The notes: generated by a model not told the origin, from the sequence alone. A stretch of 64,000 bases of DNA from an uncultured Nitrospinaceae bacterium (GCA_964005815.1 CAXFSR010000043.1:96001-160000); one strand, 5' to 3'. Shown: positions 39,352-49,314, counted from the first letter of the stretch. Program-made: numbers and translations.

Positions 39352-40551
39352 ATGAAATCAAGAACATCATCAAATAAGAGACTAAGAAAAACATGGTGGG
39401 GATATCCTCGAGAAAATGGTGACGTTGGGTCAAGAAATTACCTATTAATTTTAAGTGGTACACTTTACGCAAATCCAACTTGCGAACGTGTTGCAAGAAC
39501 TCTTCGGCATAGCATAGCTATCACTCACCCTCTTGGAAGATGTCAAATTGCTCCTGATCTGGAAAGAACATTTGAAACACTAGTTGGACATGGACAAAAT
39601 GCAAATGCTGGCGCTGTTATTGTAATTGACCATCATAGAGAAGAGGGTTGCACATCAGATGAAATTGCGCATGAAATTGCAAAAACTGGAAAAAGAGTAG
39701 AAGCAGTTAATATTAGAGAAAGTGGAGGTGCAATAGAAGCTACAGCTAAAGCTACTAGAATTGGAATGGAGATGTTAAGAGAACTTTCCACAGAACTTAG
39801 ACAAGAAGTACCTCTAAGCAAACTTCTTCTTGGTTTAAATTGCGGCACCTCTGATACTACTTCTGGTCTTTCACATAATAAAGCTACCGGTTGGGTAACA
39901 GAAAATGTCATAAAAGCAGGCGGAAGAGCTCTCCTTGCCGAAACAACAGAAATGATGGGAGGGGAAGGAGTTCTAGCAGACAAGTGCATTAAACCTGCGC
40001 ATGGAAAAAGAATATGGAAAATGGTTGAAGAAATGGAAGAGAGAATTTTAGCATGTGGAGTAGATCTACGCGGCAGCCAACCAACAGGAGACAATATGGA
40101 AGGTGGTCTTACTACCATAGAAGAGAAATCCTTGGGTGCAATTCAAAAAGCAGGAAACGCGCCTATTGTAGATGTAATACCATGGGCAAAAAGAGCTAGC
40201 AAAAAATCTGGCTTACACGTCATGGACACACCTGGCCACGGAGGGGAATCTATAACAGGAATTGCAGCTGGTGGCTCTCAAGTTCTTATCTTTTCAACCG
40301 GCGGTGGACATACAATAAATCATCCTCTTATGAATACGATCAGGATCACTGGAAATCCACTTTCCGCTAAACTTCAACGAGACACTACTGATGTTGAAGT
40401 TACAGATATTTTTGAGGGAACACCAATAGAAGTGGCAGGAAGAAGAGTTTACGACGAGGTCTTAGATGTCGCGAGCGGAAAAATGACGAAAGCAGAAATT
40501 CTACATGAGGATAACGCATTTGCTATCAATAGATGCGGACCAAGTGTATAA
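39352..40551 (+). CDS. UxaA-family dehydratase/lyase large subunit (SuyB-like)
   Basis: GYPRENGDVGSRN, CGTSDTTSGL, NMEGGLTTIEEKSLG, MDTPG, FSTGGG. Confidence 0.9.
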   Translation: MKSRTSSNKRLRKTWWGYPRENGDVGSRNYLLILSGTLYANPTCERVARTLRHSIAITHPLGRCQIAPDLERTFETLVGHGQNANAGAVIVIDHHREEGCTSDEIAHEIAKTGKRVEAVNIRESGGAIEATAKATRIGMEMLRELSTELRQEVPLSKLLLGLNCGTSDTTSGLSHNKATGWVTENVIKAGGRALLAETTEMMGGEGVLADKCIKPAHGKRIWKMVEEMEERILACGVDLRGSQPTGDNMEGGLTTIEEKSLGAIQKAGNAPIVDVIPWAKRASKKSGLHVMDTPGHGGESITGIAAGGSQVLIFSTGGGHTINHPLMNTIRITGNPLSAKLQRDTTDVEVTDIFEGTPIEVAGRRVYDEVLDVASGKMTKAEILHEDNAFAINRCGPSV

Positions 40552-40562
40552 GTTTCTTTGAC

Positions 40563-41156
40563 ATGACGGAATCTATACAGACGCTCTCATACAAGGAAAC
40601 TATAGATAAACTTGCCCTCGAAGAAAAATCCGAGGGCTGGTTATCTTGGTGTGAAGAGAATCAATTATTCCAATATCCAGTTACAGAATGGATAGAGATC
40701 ATAAGTAATATCATAAAAAAAACCGGTTCTAAAAAAAATTTAGAAATAGCTTCTGGTAATGGGATTATTGGAAACGCAATTAGAGATACAGGCGTGCCTA
40801 TAGTACTTTCCGATCTAATTAACAACAAAAGTATTGAAAATCTGGACGCAACAAGAGCATTGAAGAAATATAATCCAGATCTCGTTTTTACATGTTGGAC
40901 ACCATATGATTCAGACATAGATTGTTTGATATTGAATCATCCAACCGTCACATGGTATTTGACTGTAATGCAAACTGGACCTGGATTTGTGGGAAACGAG
41001 TTGATATGGAATTTTCCTGAATGGAAATTCAGAGAAATCCAAACTGCGAGTAAATTTTCAGTATCAAGAACAGATTTCCTTACAAAAGTAGACCATGGGG
41101 AACATATTATCCATGGGAAAACTTTTTTATTTACAAGAGAAATGGAGAACAATTAG
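40563..41156 (+). CDS. Hypothetical protein, possible class I SAM-binding fold
   Basis: LEIASGNG motif-I-like segment; operon position. Confidence 0.6.
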   Translation: MTESIQTLSYKETIDKLALEEKSEGWLSWCEENQLFQYPVTEWIEIISNIIKKTGSKKNLEIASGNGIIGNAIRDTGVPIVLSDLINNKSIENLDATRALKKYNPDLVFTCWTPYDSDIDCLILNHPTVTWYLTVMQTGPGFVGNELIWNFPEWKFREIQTASKFSVSRTDFLTKVDHGEHIIHGKTFLFTREMENN

Positions 41157-41158
41157 TT

Positions 41159-42214
41159 ATGCCTTCCAAAACTACCGCAGAATCCCTCGACAACTTTCTC
41201 AAGGAAGTTTTCTCTACTTTAGAAATGCCAAAAGTTGACGCTGAGTGGATTTCCGAAACACTTGTTCAAGCCGAACTAAAAGGAGTATCTAGTCACGGTG
41301 TAATTCGTATGCCGCAATATACGAAAAGATTAGAATTGTCTCTCGTAAATCCCAAACCAAAAATAACCACTATTAAAGATGCAGGTTCCCTTGCCTTACT
41401 TGATGGAGATAATGGGATGGGACAAATTGTTTCTAGAGATGCAATGCAAGACTGTATTCAAAGAGCAAAGGAACACAATGTAGGAGTTGTCTTTGTCAAA
41501 GAAAGCAACCATTTTGGAGCTGCGGCAACTTACACAGTGCAGGCCGCAAAAGAAGGAATGATTGGAATATGCACAACAACTACTATTCCGATTATGGCCC
41601 CAAGCGGCGGGAAAGAAGCAAAAGTGGGAAATAATCCTATTTCAATAGCTTTCCCATCAGAACCTATGATGGTTCTTGATATGGCACTTAGCAACGTAGC
41701 AAGAGGGTATGTTATTGAAGCTGCTAGGGCCGGAAAATCTATTCCGGAAAGCTGGGGCAAAGATGAAAAAGGGAACCCGACAACTGATCCTAACGAAGTT
41801 TTAAAGAGTTCACTATTATCCTCAATAGCAGAACACAAAGGAAGTGGTCTTTCGATAGCTATCGACGCTGTCCTTGCCAGTATTTCTGGATCTAGAAATA
41901 GTTCAGATATAATAGGAATTAACGATTTTTCAGGGAAAAGTGGAGTCACTCATTTATTCATTGCAATTAATATTGAATCATTAACTCCAGTTAAAGAATT
42001 TTCAATGGCAGCAAATGTTTTCCTCAATATGCTTAGAAACACAGAAAAAGCTGATGGAATTGAGAAGATTTATATGCCAGGCGAAATCGAAAATGAATTA
42101 GAAGCGGAACGTAAAAAGAACGGTTTCACAATATCCAAAGAACGTTTAAATGAACTTGATGAAATAGCTGACAGACTGCACATCAGTCCTTTAGAGAGAA
42201 CGAGTAATGACTGA
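41159..42214 (+). CDS. Ldh_2 family oxidoreductase
   Basis: AELKGVSSHG, SNHFGAA, GNNPIS, LDMALS, HKGSGL. Confidence 0.93.
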   Translation: MPSKTTAESLDNFLKEVFSTLEMPKVDAEWISETLVQAELKGVSSHGVIRMPQYTKRLELSLVNPKPKITTIKDAGSLALLDGDNGMGQIVSRDAMQDCIQRAKEHNVGVVFVKESNHFGAAATYTVQAAKEGMIGICTTTTIPIMAPSGGKEAKVGNNPISIAFPSEPMMVLDMALSNVARGYVIEAARAGKSIPESWGKDEKGNPTTDPNEVLKSSLLSSIAEHKGSGLSIAIDAVLASISGSRNSSDIIGINDFSGKSGVTHLFIAINIESLTPVKEFSMAANVFLNMLRNTEKADGIEKIYMPGEIENELEAERKKNGFTISKERLNELDEIADRLHISPLERTSND

Positions 42215-43103
42215 AAATAATTTTAAAATTTACAGCGATTTTGCTTCAGAAATTGCAACTGAGGCTGGTCATGTTTTATTTAATCTTTTTGGAAAACAAC
42301 TTAAAACTAAATATAAGGATAAAAACAAAACAGACCCTGTAAGTGAAGCAGACATCGAAAGCCAGAGTTTGCTGACTAAGCGTATCAAAAGAAAATTTCC
42401 TGACCATGGAATCCTTGGAGAAGAAACATTAGAAAACGAGAAAGCCGAAACTGCCATAAAAAACATGCCTGACTATCTTTGGATTTTAGACCCTTTAGAC
42501 GGAACGAAAAACTTTTTAAATGGTATTTCTATTTGGGGTTGTTCAGTTGGATTGTTATTCAAAGGCGAACCAGTTGCCGGAGCAATTTTCCTTCCAGAAG
42601 TAACAAAAAAAAACGATTTTGTTATTTATAAAGCATCCCTAGGAGAAGGTGCATTTTTAGGAGATCAAGAAATTCATGTCACTACAGATGAAAAACCATC
42701 GGCAAAAAAAACTATAAGTGTACCAGGTTCTTTCGCCAATCAATTTAAAACATTAGGATCATTAAAAAATAATCTAGGCGAGATAAGAACAACAGGCTCA
42801 ATTTCATATGATCTTGCAATGGTTGCTAGAGGAAGTCTACATTATGCTTTGTTTGGAGTCCCAAGTATATGGGATGTAGCCGCAGGAATAATAATTTTGA
42901 AGGAAGCAGGCGGATCAGCTTTACAACAAAAATCTATTTTCAGAAAATGGGAACCCCTTCATAATTTCATAAACACCAATGAAACAGATAAAAAAATGGA
43001 GAATTTAAGAAATTGGAAATTACCTGTCATTGTTGGAAACAGTTCTATTTGCGAATATATAAGTTCTAGAATAAAGAAAATATCACGAAAAAGAAAATCA
43101 TAG
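42207..43103 (+). CDS. Inositol monophosphatase family protein
   Basis: ILGEE, WILDPLDGTKNF, WDVAAG. Confidence 0.93.
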   Translation: MTENNFKIYSDFASEIATEAGHVLFNLFGKQLKTKYKDKNKTDPVSEADIESQSLLTKRIKRKFPDHGILGEETLENEKAETAIKNMPDYLWILDPLDGTKNFLNGISIWGCSVGLLFKGEPVAGAIFLPEVTKKNDFVIYKASLGEGAFLGDQEIHVTTDEKPSAKKTISVPGSFANQFKTLGSLKNNLGEIRTTGSISYDLAMVARGSLHYALFGVPSIWDVAAGIIILKEAGGSALQQKSIFRKWEPLHNFINTNETDKKMENLRNWKLPVIVGNSSICEYISSRIKKISRKRKS

Positions 43104-43193
43104 ATTTTCTAAAATAATCATAATTTCCGGATATGTCATAAGAAGAAAAACCAACATAATAATAGCAATGATTAGCAACAAACAACTACTCAT
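43098..43193 (-). CDS. Putative small hydrophobic protein (31 aa, not in ORF track)
   Basis: MSSCLLLIIAIIMLVFLLMTYPEIMIILENL; GGAGA RBS 5 nt before ATG. Confidence 0.45.
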   Translation of the reverse strand: MSSCLLLIIAIIMLVFLLMTYPEIMIILENL

Positions 43194-43229
43194 AATGTTC
43201 TCCAATACACAATCGTTTCTTATAAAGAT

Positions 43230-44477
43230 CTATCTTTCTAAAGATTTTACTTTTTTCGGACTGAAAGAATCAACGTCTATATTTTTAAATCCTAGTCCTT
43301 GAATTTGGAACACTTTACTCCATGAAGGATCATGGAAGGCCTTTCCCGAGAGTATACCCACAGAAAATTGCACTTTACTCAATGCAGTGATACCTTTTCC
43401 TTTTTTCATAAAGAAAGAAAAAAACCTTTTTTCTCCAGGCTTCAGACCTGCAATCTTATAATTTGTAAAACAACACCTAGATGAACTCTTTTTCAAACTT
43501 GCCTGTAGAGTTACATCAAAAGAAAAATCAGAGTCAGAGTTTTTTAAAACTCCCTTCATTAGATATCGAGGAGAACATTTTCTACATTTTCGGGGACGTG
43601 AAAGAGTGAGTTCTAATCTTTCAACTGAAATCCAATTTTTAATATTCCTATTTCTTTGTCGAGTCATTATTGTAACAGCAGAAATGATTCTACTCCTATG
43701 AACTGATTTTGGGTATAAACGTAAGAAGCGAACCAAGGCACCAACTCGACCAGATCTCTCAGCTCCTCTTAGAGCTTCGCTCTGAATATGCTGCTTCATT
43801 CTTTTTGATTCTTGAGTTCCAGGAAATTCTTCAAGAAATTTCCTCCACTCTCTCTCCAATCCTGATTCAATAGAACGTTGAAATCTTATTTGCACAAGAT
43901 GTCTCTTCGCTTCTTTCAAGAAAGGACTACTTGGAAAATCATAAATAAAGTAATAAAAGAACTTTGGATTTTTTATTCTTATTGCATTATCAAGAGTCAA
44001 TCTTTCAAGTCTTTGCTGCGCTGCTTCTGTCCATTCACTTCTTTTGTTTTTGTATTTCTTCAAAAACTTATCATAACCTCTGATCTTGTCCTGTTTCCTT
44101 AATTTTCTAAACTCCCTCTTTTGTAAAATTATTTCTGCCTCCGAAGCAAAATTACCTCCAGAGAATTTCTTTAAAAAACCAGAAAGAGCATTTAAATTTT
44201 TATTTCCCAATGCCTCTTCATAAGAAAGTTTTTCAAACCAATATTTAGCCCGACGGATAAATTTCCCGTTTGGATGATATTTTATATATTTTCCGTAAGC
44301 TTGAGAGGTGTGTTCGTTCATTGCTATTCGAAAAGAAGAATGATCAGAGTCTTTCGATACAATTTCGACTTCATTCTTGACACTTTTTTTAAAAAATGTG
44401 CCACAACCATAAAAAAATAAACAAATAAACAAAAAAGAGATAAATTTAAATTTCTTAGATTGTTTACAAAAATACAT
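43230..44477 (-). CDS. Putative lipoprotein with helical repeats
   Basis: Lipobox-like LFFYGC; about six Y/F-x-x-F-L-x-x-Y/F-P repeats; C-terminal GLKPGEKRFFSF. Confidence 0.7.
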   Translation of the reverse strand: MYFCKQSKKFKFISFLFICLFFYGCGTFFKKSVKNEVEIVSKDSDHSSFRIAMNEHTSQAYGKYIKYHPNGKFIRRAKYWFEKLSYEEALGNKNLNALSGFLKKFSGGNFASEAEIILQKREFRKLRKQDKIRGYDKFLKKYKNKRSEWTEAAQQRLERLTLDNAIRIKNPKFFYYFIYDFPSSPFLKEAKRHLVQIRFQRSIESGLEREWRKFLEEFPGTQESKRMKQHIQSEALRGAERSGRVGALVRFLRLYPKSVHRSRIISAVTIMTRQRNRNIKNWISVERLELTLSRPRKCRKCSPRYLMKGVLKNSDSDFSFDVTLQASLKKSSSRCCFTNYKIAGLKPGEKRFFSFFMKKGKGITALSKVQFSVGILSGKAFHDPSWSKVFQIQGLGFKNIDVDSFSPKKVKSLER

Positions 44478-44497
44478 CGTATGAGTTCCTTGAAATA

Positions 44498-45268
44498 TTA
44501 TTTATTTAAATTATTCTTTTTCAGATACTGTTCTACCGTCGGCAATTTAGGATCTTCAATAAAAGCATCAACTCTTTTCTTGAAAATATAAAATTCTTCT
44601 TCATCTAATAAATCTAATAACTCTTTGGAAAGATCCGAATCCGATTTGTCTAATTCCTTCTTCAACCTTTCTAAATCATCCAAATACTCAAGATTTAATC
44701 GATGCCCAGAAAAATCCCATATCACAGAACGTAATTTAGGTTCTACATGAAAAGTCAGCCCATGATCGATACCCCAAATTTGACCGTCTGTAGATCTGAA
44801 ACAATGACTAGGTTTCCTATCAGTATTATTCACAAGAAGGTCAAAACACGCAATTAGTTTCATTCGATCCTTATTTGACTCTCTGAGAGTATAATAATTT
44901 GACTCTCCATCATAATGCACACAAAATTGCATAGAACCTTCTCCATGAGGTCCGTCTCGTATGACTGTTGGTGGAACTATATTCCATCCTAGGAAATTAC
45001 TGACAATATAAGAACACCTCTCTCTATTATGAAGTGTTCCATAAGGAAAATCCCATAATGGTCTTTCTCCTTTAGAAGGCTTATATATCCCCCAAAAAAT
45101 TATCTTTTTCGAGCGCAATTCTACTACAAAAGTATAATTAGACCCTTGTTGTACCAGGCCACCATCCAATACTTTTGACACTAGTAACAATTCTTCAATT
45201 TCTTTAGGCCGATAAGGTAAGGAGCCACCATCTATCAAATTTAAATGTTCAATCTTAGAAGTATTCAT
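44498..45268 (-). CDS. SCO1664 family protein (PI3/PI4-kinase-like fold)
   Basis: GSNYTF, YKPSKGERPLWDFP, VPPTVIRDGPHGEG, NNTDRK, IDHGLTFH..PKLRSVIW. Confidence 0.9.
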   Translation of the reverse strand: MNTSKIEHLNLIDGGSLPYRPKEIEELLLVSKVLDGGLVQQGSNYTFVVELRSKKIIFWGIYKPSKGERPLWDFPYGTLHNRERCSYIVSNFLGWNIVPPTVIRDGPHGEGSMQFCVHYDGESNYYTLRESNKDRMKLIACFDLLVNNTDRKPSHCFRSTDGQIWGIDHGLTFHVEPKLRSVIWDFSGHRLNLEYLDDLERLKKELDKSDSDLSKELLDLLDEEEFYIFKKRVDAFIEDPKLPTVEQYLKKNNLNK

Positions 45269-45307
45269 TTTTCACAAAAAACCAGAATAATAGACTGGAG
45301 ACATTAC

Positions 45308-45832
45308 TTATGAATGAAAATGTCCATTCGTACTTGGATTGACCTTTCCAGATACAATTAGAGAATTTCTTGAAACTGAGTCAGTTCCTCTTCCAGATGC
45401 ACATTCATTTAAACTTTGTTCTATAAATGCCTCTGCAAGACTTATATCAATAGCAATTTCAAGAATTTGACTACTCTTTTCATCATCTGCAAGAGGTTCT
45501 CCTTCAGAAATTCCATGAAATTGTATAACAAACAGATGACTTTCTTCTTGGTAAGAAATACTTGCTTGAGATACAGTAAACTCTATATGTTTATTCATCT
45601 CTGTACTTTCGTTGTTTTCATGCAATTTTTCTGTTGAAGATTTTTCCTGTTTATTCTCTAAGACTATTTTTTTAAGTGTTGTTGCCAAGGCAAAGACTTG
45701 TTCTTTCTCTACCCAAAGTGTGGCATGAGAACCAGATTTTCTATCAGCTAGAATTCTAAAAATCCTTTTCCCAGGGATCCCAATAGATTCTGTATAAAGA
45801 ACATCTACCCTACCAAATTGATTTTCTTCCAT
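45308..45832 (-). CDS. DUF3090 family protein
   Basis: ESIGIPGKRIFRI, LWVEKEQV, ASGR, terminal NGH; adjacent to SCO1664. Confidence 0.8.
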   Translation of the reverse strand: MEENQFGRVDVLYTESIGIPGKRIFRILADRKSGSHATLWVEKEQVFALATTLKKIVLENKQEKSSTEKLHENNESTEMNKHIEFTVSQASISYQEESHLFVIQFHGISEGEPLADDEKSSQILEIAIDISLAEAFIEQSLNECASGRGTDSVSRNSLIVSGKVNPSTNGHFHS

Positions 45833-46323
45833 TATATACTCCGTTGATTAAGATTAATACTAAGCAAACATTCCTTCCATTGAATTGTGTTCAAGAGTAT
45901 ATTAAAGCACATACATTTTTTAACGCTTTTTCTGTAGGAAAAAATTTTTGCAAAAAATACTAGAATACCTCCTCTTACTTTTACTAATTGTTACTGTCAT
46001 AGTGACAATTTGGACACTTATAGACAACAAACTATTGCAAACGTTACTAAGTTTCATTAAATAAAGTAATTTATTCAAAACCAAATTAAACACTAAGAAT
46101 TAAATTTTTGCCATTTTAAAATGTAAAACATTCAATGAACAAATTATATAAAAGAATAATTTTATGATAAATTTCAAAAAAAATCAGATCTAGAAAATGC
46201 AATCTCTGTTTTTTTTGACATTTTTATCAAGTAACAAAAACACTACTTAGAAAAGAAAAAACTTCTTTTAGAACTAAATTTTCTAAAAATTTACATAACT
46301 GTTTATGTTAGGGGATAAATATT

Positions 46324-47091
46324 ATGAACAAAACAAATTTTGATTTTACTGGCCAAGTAGCTGTTGTTACGGGTGCTGCACAGGGAATTGGCAAAGGGTC
46401 TTCAGAAGAATTTGCAAGAGCTGGAGCCAAAGTTTATTTACTTGACATAAACGATGATTTAGGGGGAAAAAACGCATCGACAATTCGAGAAGAAGGTTTT
46501 CAAGCCGAATATTTGCACTGTGACCTGACTAGTTCCAAGGAAGTAAACAGCACGTTTGAAAAAATAGAATCGAATGAAAAAAAGATAGACATCTTAGTTA
46601 ATTCAGCGGGTGGTTTCACAAAACAACTTTCAACACAAGAAACCCCAGAGGAAGAATGGGATGCTGTAATTGATAGGAATTTAAAGAGCTTGTTTTTAAC
46701 AGGTAAAGCCATAACACCTATCTTCAAAAAACAGAAAAGTGGAAGAATAATTAACTTAGGCTCTATGTCTGGACTTACAACTCTCAACTATTCGTCACCT
46801 CCCTATTCTGCGGCAAAAGCAGGTGTTCACTGTCTAACTAGAGTACTTGCATATGAACTTGGAGAATTTGGAGTGTGCGTTAATGCAATTGCACCTGGAA
46901 CAACAGCAACAGAAAGAGTTATCGCTGTCAGAACAGACGAAGAAAGAAAAAAAATTGGAGAATCAACATTAATTGGACGAATCGGAGAAGTTGAAGATAT
47001 GGTTGGATGGGTCTTATTTCTCGCTGCTCCTGAATCTTCGTATTTGACGGGACAAACTATTGCGGTAAACGCAGGAAGGTTAATGGCTTAA
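46324..47091 (+). CDS. SDR family oxidoreductase (FabG-like)
   Basis: TGAAQGIG, NSAG, YSAAK. Confidence 0.93.
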   Translation: MNKTNFDFTGQVAVVTGAAQGIGKGSSEEFARAGAKVYLLDINDDLGGKNASTIREEGFQAEYLHCDLTSSKEVNSTFEKIESNEKKIDILVNSAGGFTKQLSTQETPEEEWDAVIDRNLKSLFLTGKAITPIFKKQKSGRIINLGSMSGLTTLNYSSPPYSAAKAGVHCLTRVLAYELGEFGVCVNAIAPGTTATERVIAVRTDEERKKIGESTLIGRIGEVEDMVGWVLFLAAPESSYLTGQTIAVNAGRLMA

Positions 47092-47094
47092 TCC

Positions 47095-48273
47095 ATGGAT
47101 TTAAACCTTTCGGTGGAAGACTTAACTCTGCAAAAAATATCACGTGAATTCGCAAGAAATGAGATACTTCCAATTGCTGCAAACAGAGATATACGTTCAA
47201 AACCCAGCGAGGCTTATCCTTGGGAAATTCTAAAGAAACTTGACGCTCTTGGAATAAGGACCCTTACCGTCCCGAAAAAATTTGGAGGCTACGGTGCAAA
47301 CCATTTACAGCAAGCCATAGTATCAGAAGAGTTGGCATACGGAGACCTAGGAGTTGCAGTATCACTTGATCAAAATTTTAAATTCACTCAGTTAATCTGC
47401 AACGAAACTACCGAAGAACAAAGAGACCGGTTTTTAGATGATTTTCTAACAGACCCCATTGCGCTTCTTGCTATAGCAATAACTGAACCTCAAAGTGGAA
47501 CAGACTCTTTTTTACTTTACGAGGCCCCGATAGCAGGACCAAGGATGACAGCGAAAGAAGATGGCAATGACTACGTTCTAAATGGAACAAAACATTATAT
47601 TTCAAACGGTGGACTTGCAAAATATTATTTTATTTTTGCAAGGACCGATCCGAGCAAACCCATGAGCGAAGGATTAACTGGATTTATAGTTCCAAAAGAT
47701 ACTCAAGGCTTTTCTATTGGAGAGGCCCATAGCAAGCTTGGAAGAAGGCTATTGCAAAATGGAGAACTAGTCTTAAGTAATTGTCGAGTACCTAAAACAA
47801 ATATTCTTGGAGAATGGAATAAAGGTCTTGATATTTTTAGAAAAATGGTTAGCGGAGCTCTTATCCCTGTAATGGGACCAGCTCGTCTTGCATATGATCT
47901 TTCCAAAAAAATCTTAAAAGAAAGTTCAATAAAAGATGACCAATGGGCACAAATGCTTCTTTCTGAAATGTATATGCTCATAGAGGCAGGAAGAACATTT
48001 TTATATTCTGCTGCATGGCATGGAGGAAAAGAATCTGACGAATCTAAAAGAAGGTTGATGTCCAAAGTTTTTGCATCCGAAGCTGCTATTAAAGTATGTC
48101 GTTCTGCAATGGAAATATGGGAACACAAGGGAGACTTACATTTTGACAATCGACCCACTCCAGAAAAATGTTGGCGCGATGTTCTAAGCTACCTTCACGG
48201 TTTTGGTACAAACCAAGCTGTGAAATTGAAATGTTTCCCAATGATTTCACTAGATGAAGAAGAGCATTGGTGA
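47095..48273 (+). CDS. Acyl-CoA dehydrogenase family protein (atypical active site)
   Basis: AITEPQSGTD, YVLNGTKHYISNG, KLGRR, SKVFASE, GTNQ. Confidence 0.9.
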   Translation: MDLNLSVEDLTLQKISREFARNEILPIAANRDIRSKPSEAYPWEILKKLDALGIRTLTVPKKFGGYGANHLQQAIVSEELAYGDLGVAVSLDQNFKFTQLICNETTEEQRDRFLDDFLTDPIALLAIAITEPQSGTDSFLLYEAPIAGPRMTAKEDGNDYVLNGTKHYISNGGLAKYYFIFARTDPSKPMSEGLTGFIVPKDTQGFSIGEAHSKLGRRLLQNGELVLSNCRVPKTNILGEWNKGLDIFRKMVSGALIPVMGPARLAYDLSKKILKESSIKDDQWAQMLLSEMYMLIEAGRTFLYSAAWHGGKESDESKRRLMSKVFASEAAIKVCRSAMEIWEHKGDLHFDNRPTPEKCWRDVLSYLHGFGTNQAVKLKCFPMISLDEEEHW

Positions 48274-48345
48274 TAACCTGTAAGATAAATTTATTGAATT
48301 TCACTTAAAAAAACTTCTAACTTCTATAAGAGGTCTTATACAAAA

Positions 48346-49314
48346 ATGGCTAAATACAACAAATCTGATGCGCGATCTTACTGTAAAGAAAATATGAAAG
48401 GTATTTGGGCGGCGATACCCTATCCTTTCGACAAAAACGATAATATAGACGAGGATGCATATCGGAAAGATATAAGACATTATATTGACAATCTAAATAT
48501 AAAAGGATTTTTCGTTGGGGGCATGATCGGGGAATTCTGGTGTATGACTAAGGAAGAAAGATTAAGAGGACAAGAGATTTCATGCGACGAGGCCGGTGAT
48601 GTTCCAGTAATTGCCCACACAGGTCATACCTCAGCAAAAGAAGCATTAGAATTAACTGAAGCCGCAGAAAAAGCAGGGGCAACATATGCTATTCTGGCCA
48701 ACCCTTACTTAGGCGCACAGGGACATCCAGATCGAGTGAAAGCATTTTTCAAATACCTATGCGATGGCAGCGATTTAGGTATCTCTTTGTTTAATACTGG
48801 CGCAACTGGTTATTCTCTTAGTCCAGAACTTATAAGAGAACTTGTTGAAGAAAATGAAACTATTTGCTGTATCAAAAACGCCCAACCTAAATATCATTGC
48901 GACGAAGTAAGAAAAGCCGTTGGAGAAGATATTGTGGTAAGTGACCCGATGGAAACACAATGGTTTTTCAATCGTGCCTATCATAAACAACAAACATTTA
49001 TGAGTGGTCCAGATCCATTCCTTTATCAAAGAAAAGATGACCTTAAAATGGAAAAATACACAAATTTGATAGATGAAGGCAATTTGGAAGAAGCCTGGAC
49101 TGTGAGAGATGCGATGAACTCCATAAGAGACGTAAGTGAAAAATGGATTTGGGGACCATGGTCTCGTGGAGCTTTTCCAATTCCTGCTCTTAAGACTTGG
49201 ATGCAATTAATGGGGTTAAGTGGTGGTCCTTCACGACCCCCAATGATTCCTTTAACATCAGACGAAAAAAAAGAGCTTGAAACTGACCTTCGTCATGTTG
49301 GTCTTATAGACTAA
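48346..49314 (+). CDS. Dihydrodipicolinate synthase/NAL family aldolase
   Basis: GIWAAIPYPF, GEFWCMTKEER, Schiff-base Lys in ICCIKNA, RPP. Confidence 0.88.
   Translation: MAKYNKSDARSYCKENMKGIWAAIPYPFDKNDNIDEDAYRKDIRHYIDNLNIKGFFVGGMIGEFWCMTKEERLRGQEISCDEAGDVPVIAHTGHTSAKEALELTEAAEKAGATYAILANPYLGAQGHPDRVKAFFKYLCDGSDLGISLFNTGATGYSLSPELIRELVEENETICCIKNAQPKYHCDEVRKAVGEDIVVSDPMETQWFFNRAYHKQQTFMSGPDPFLYQRKDDLKMEKYTNLIDEGNLEEAWTVRDAMNSIRDVSEKWIWGPWSRGAFPIPALKTWMQLMGLSGGPSRPPMIPLTSDEKKELETDLRHVGLID

Noticed and set aside
48346..49314. Assigning dapA
   Set aside because: GTTGE and catalytic Tyr motifs are altered and the context is catabolic
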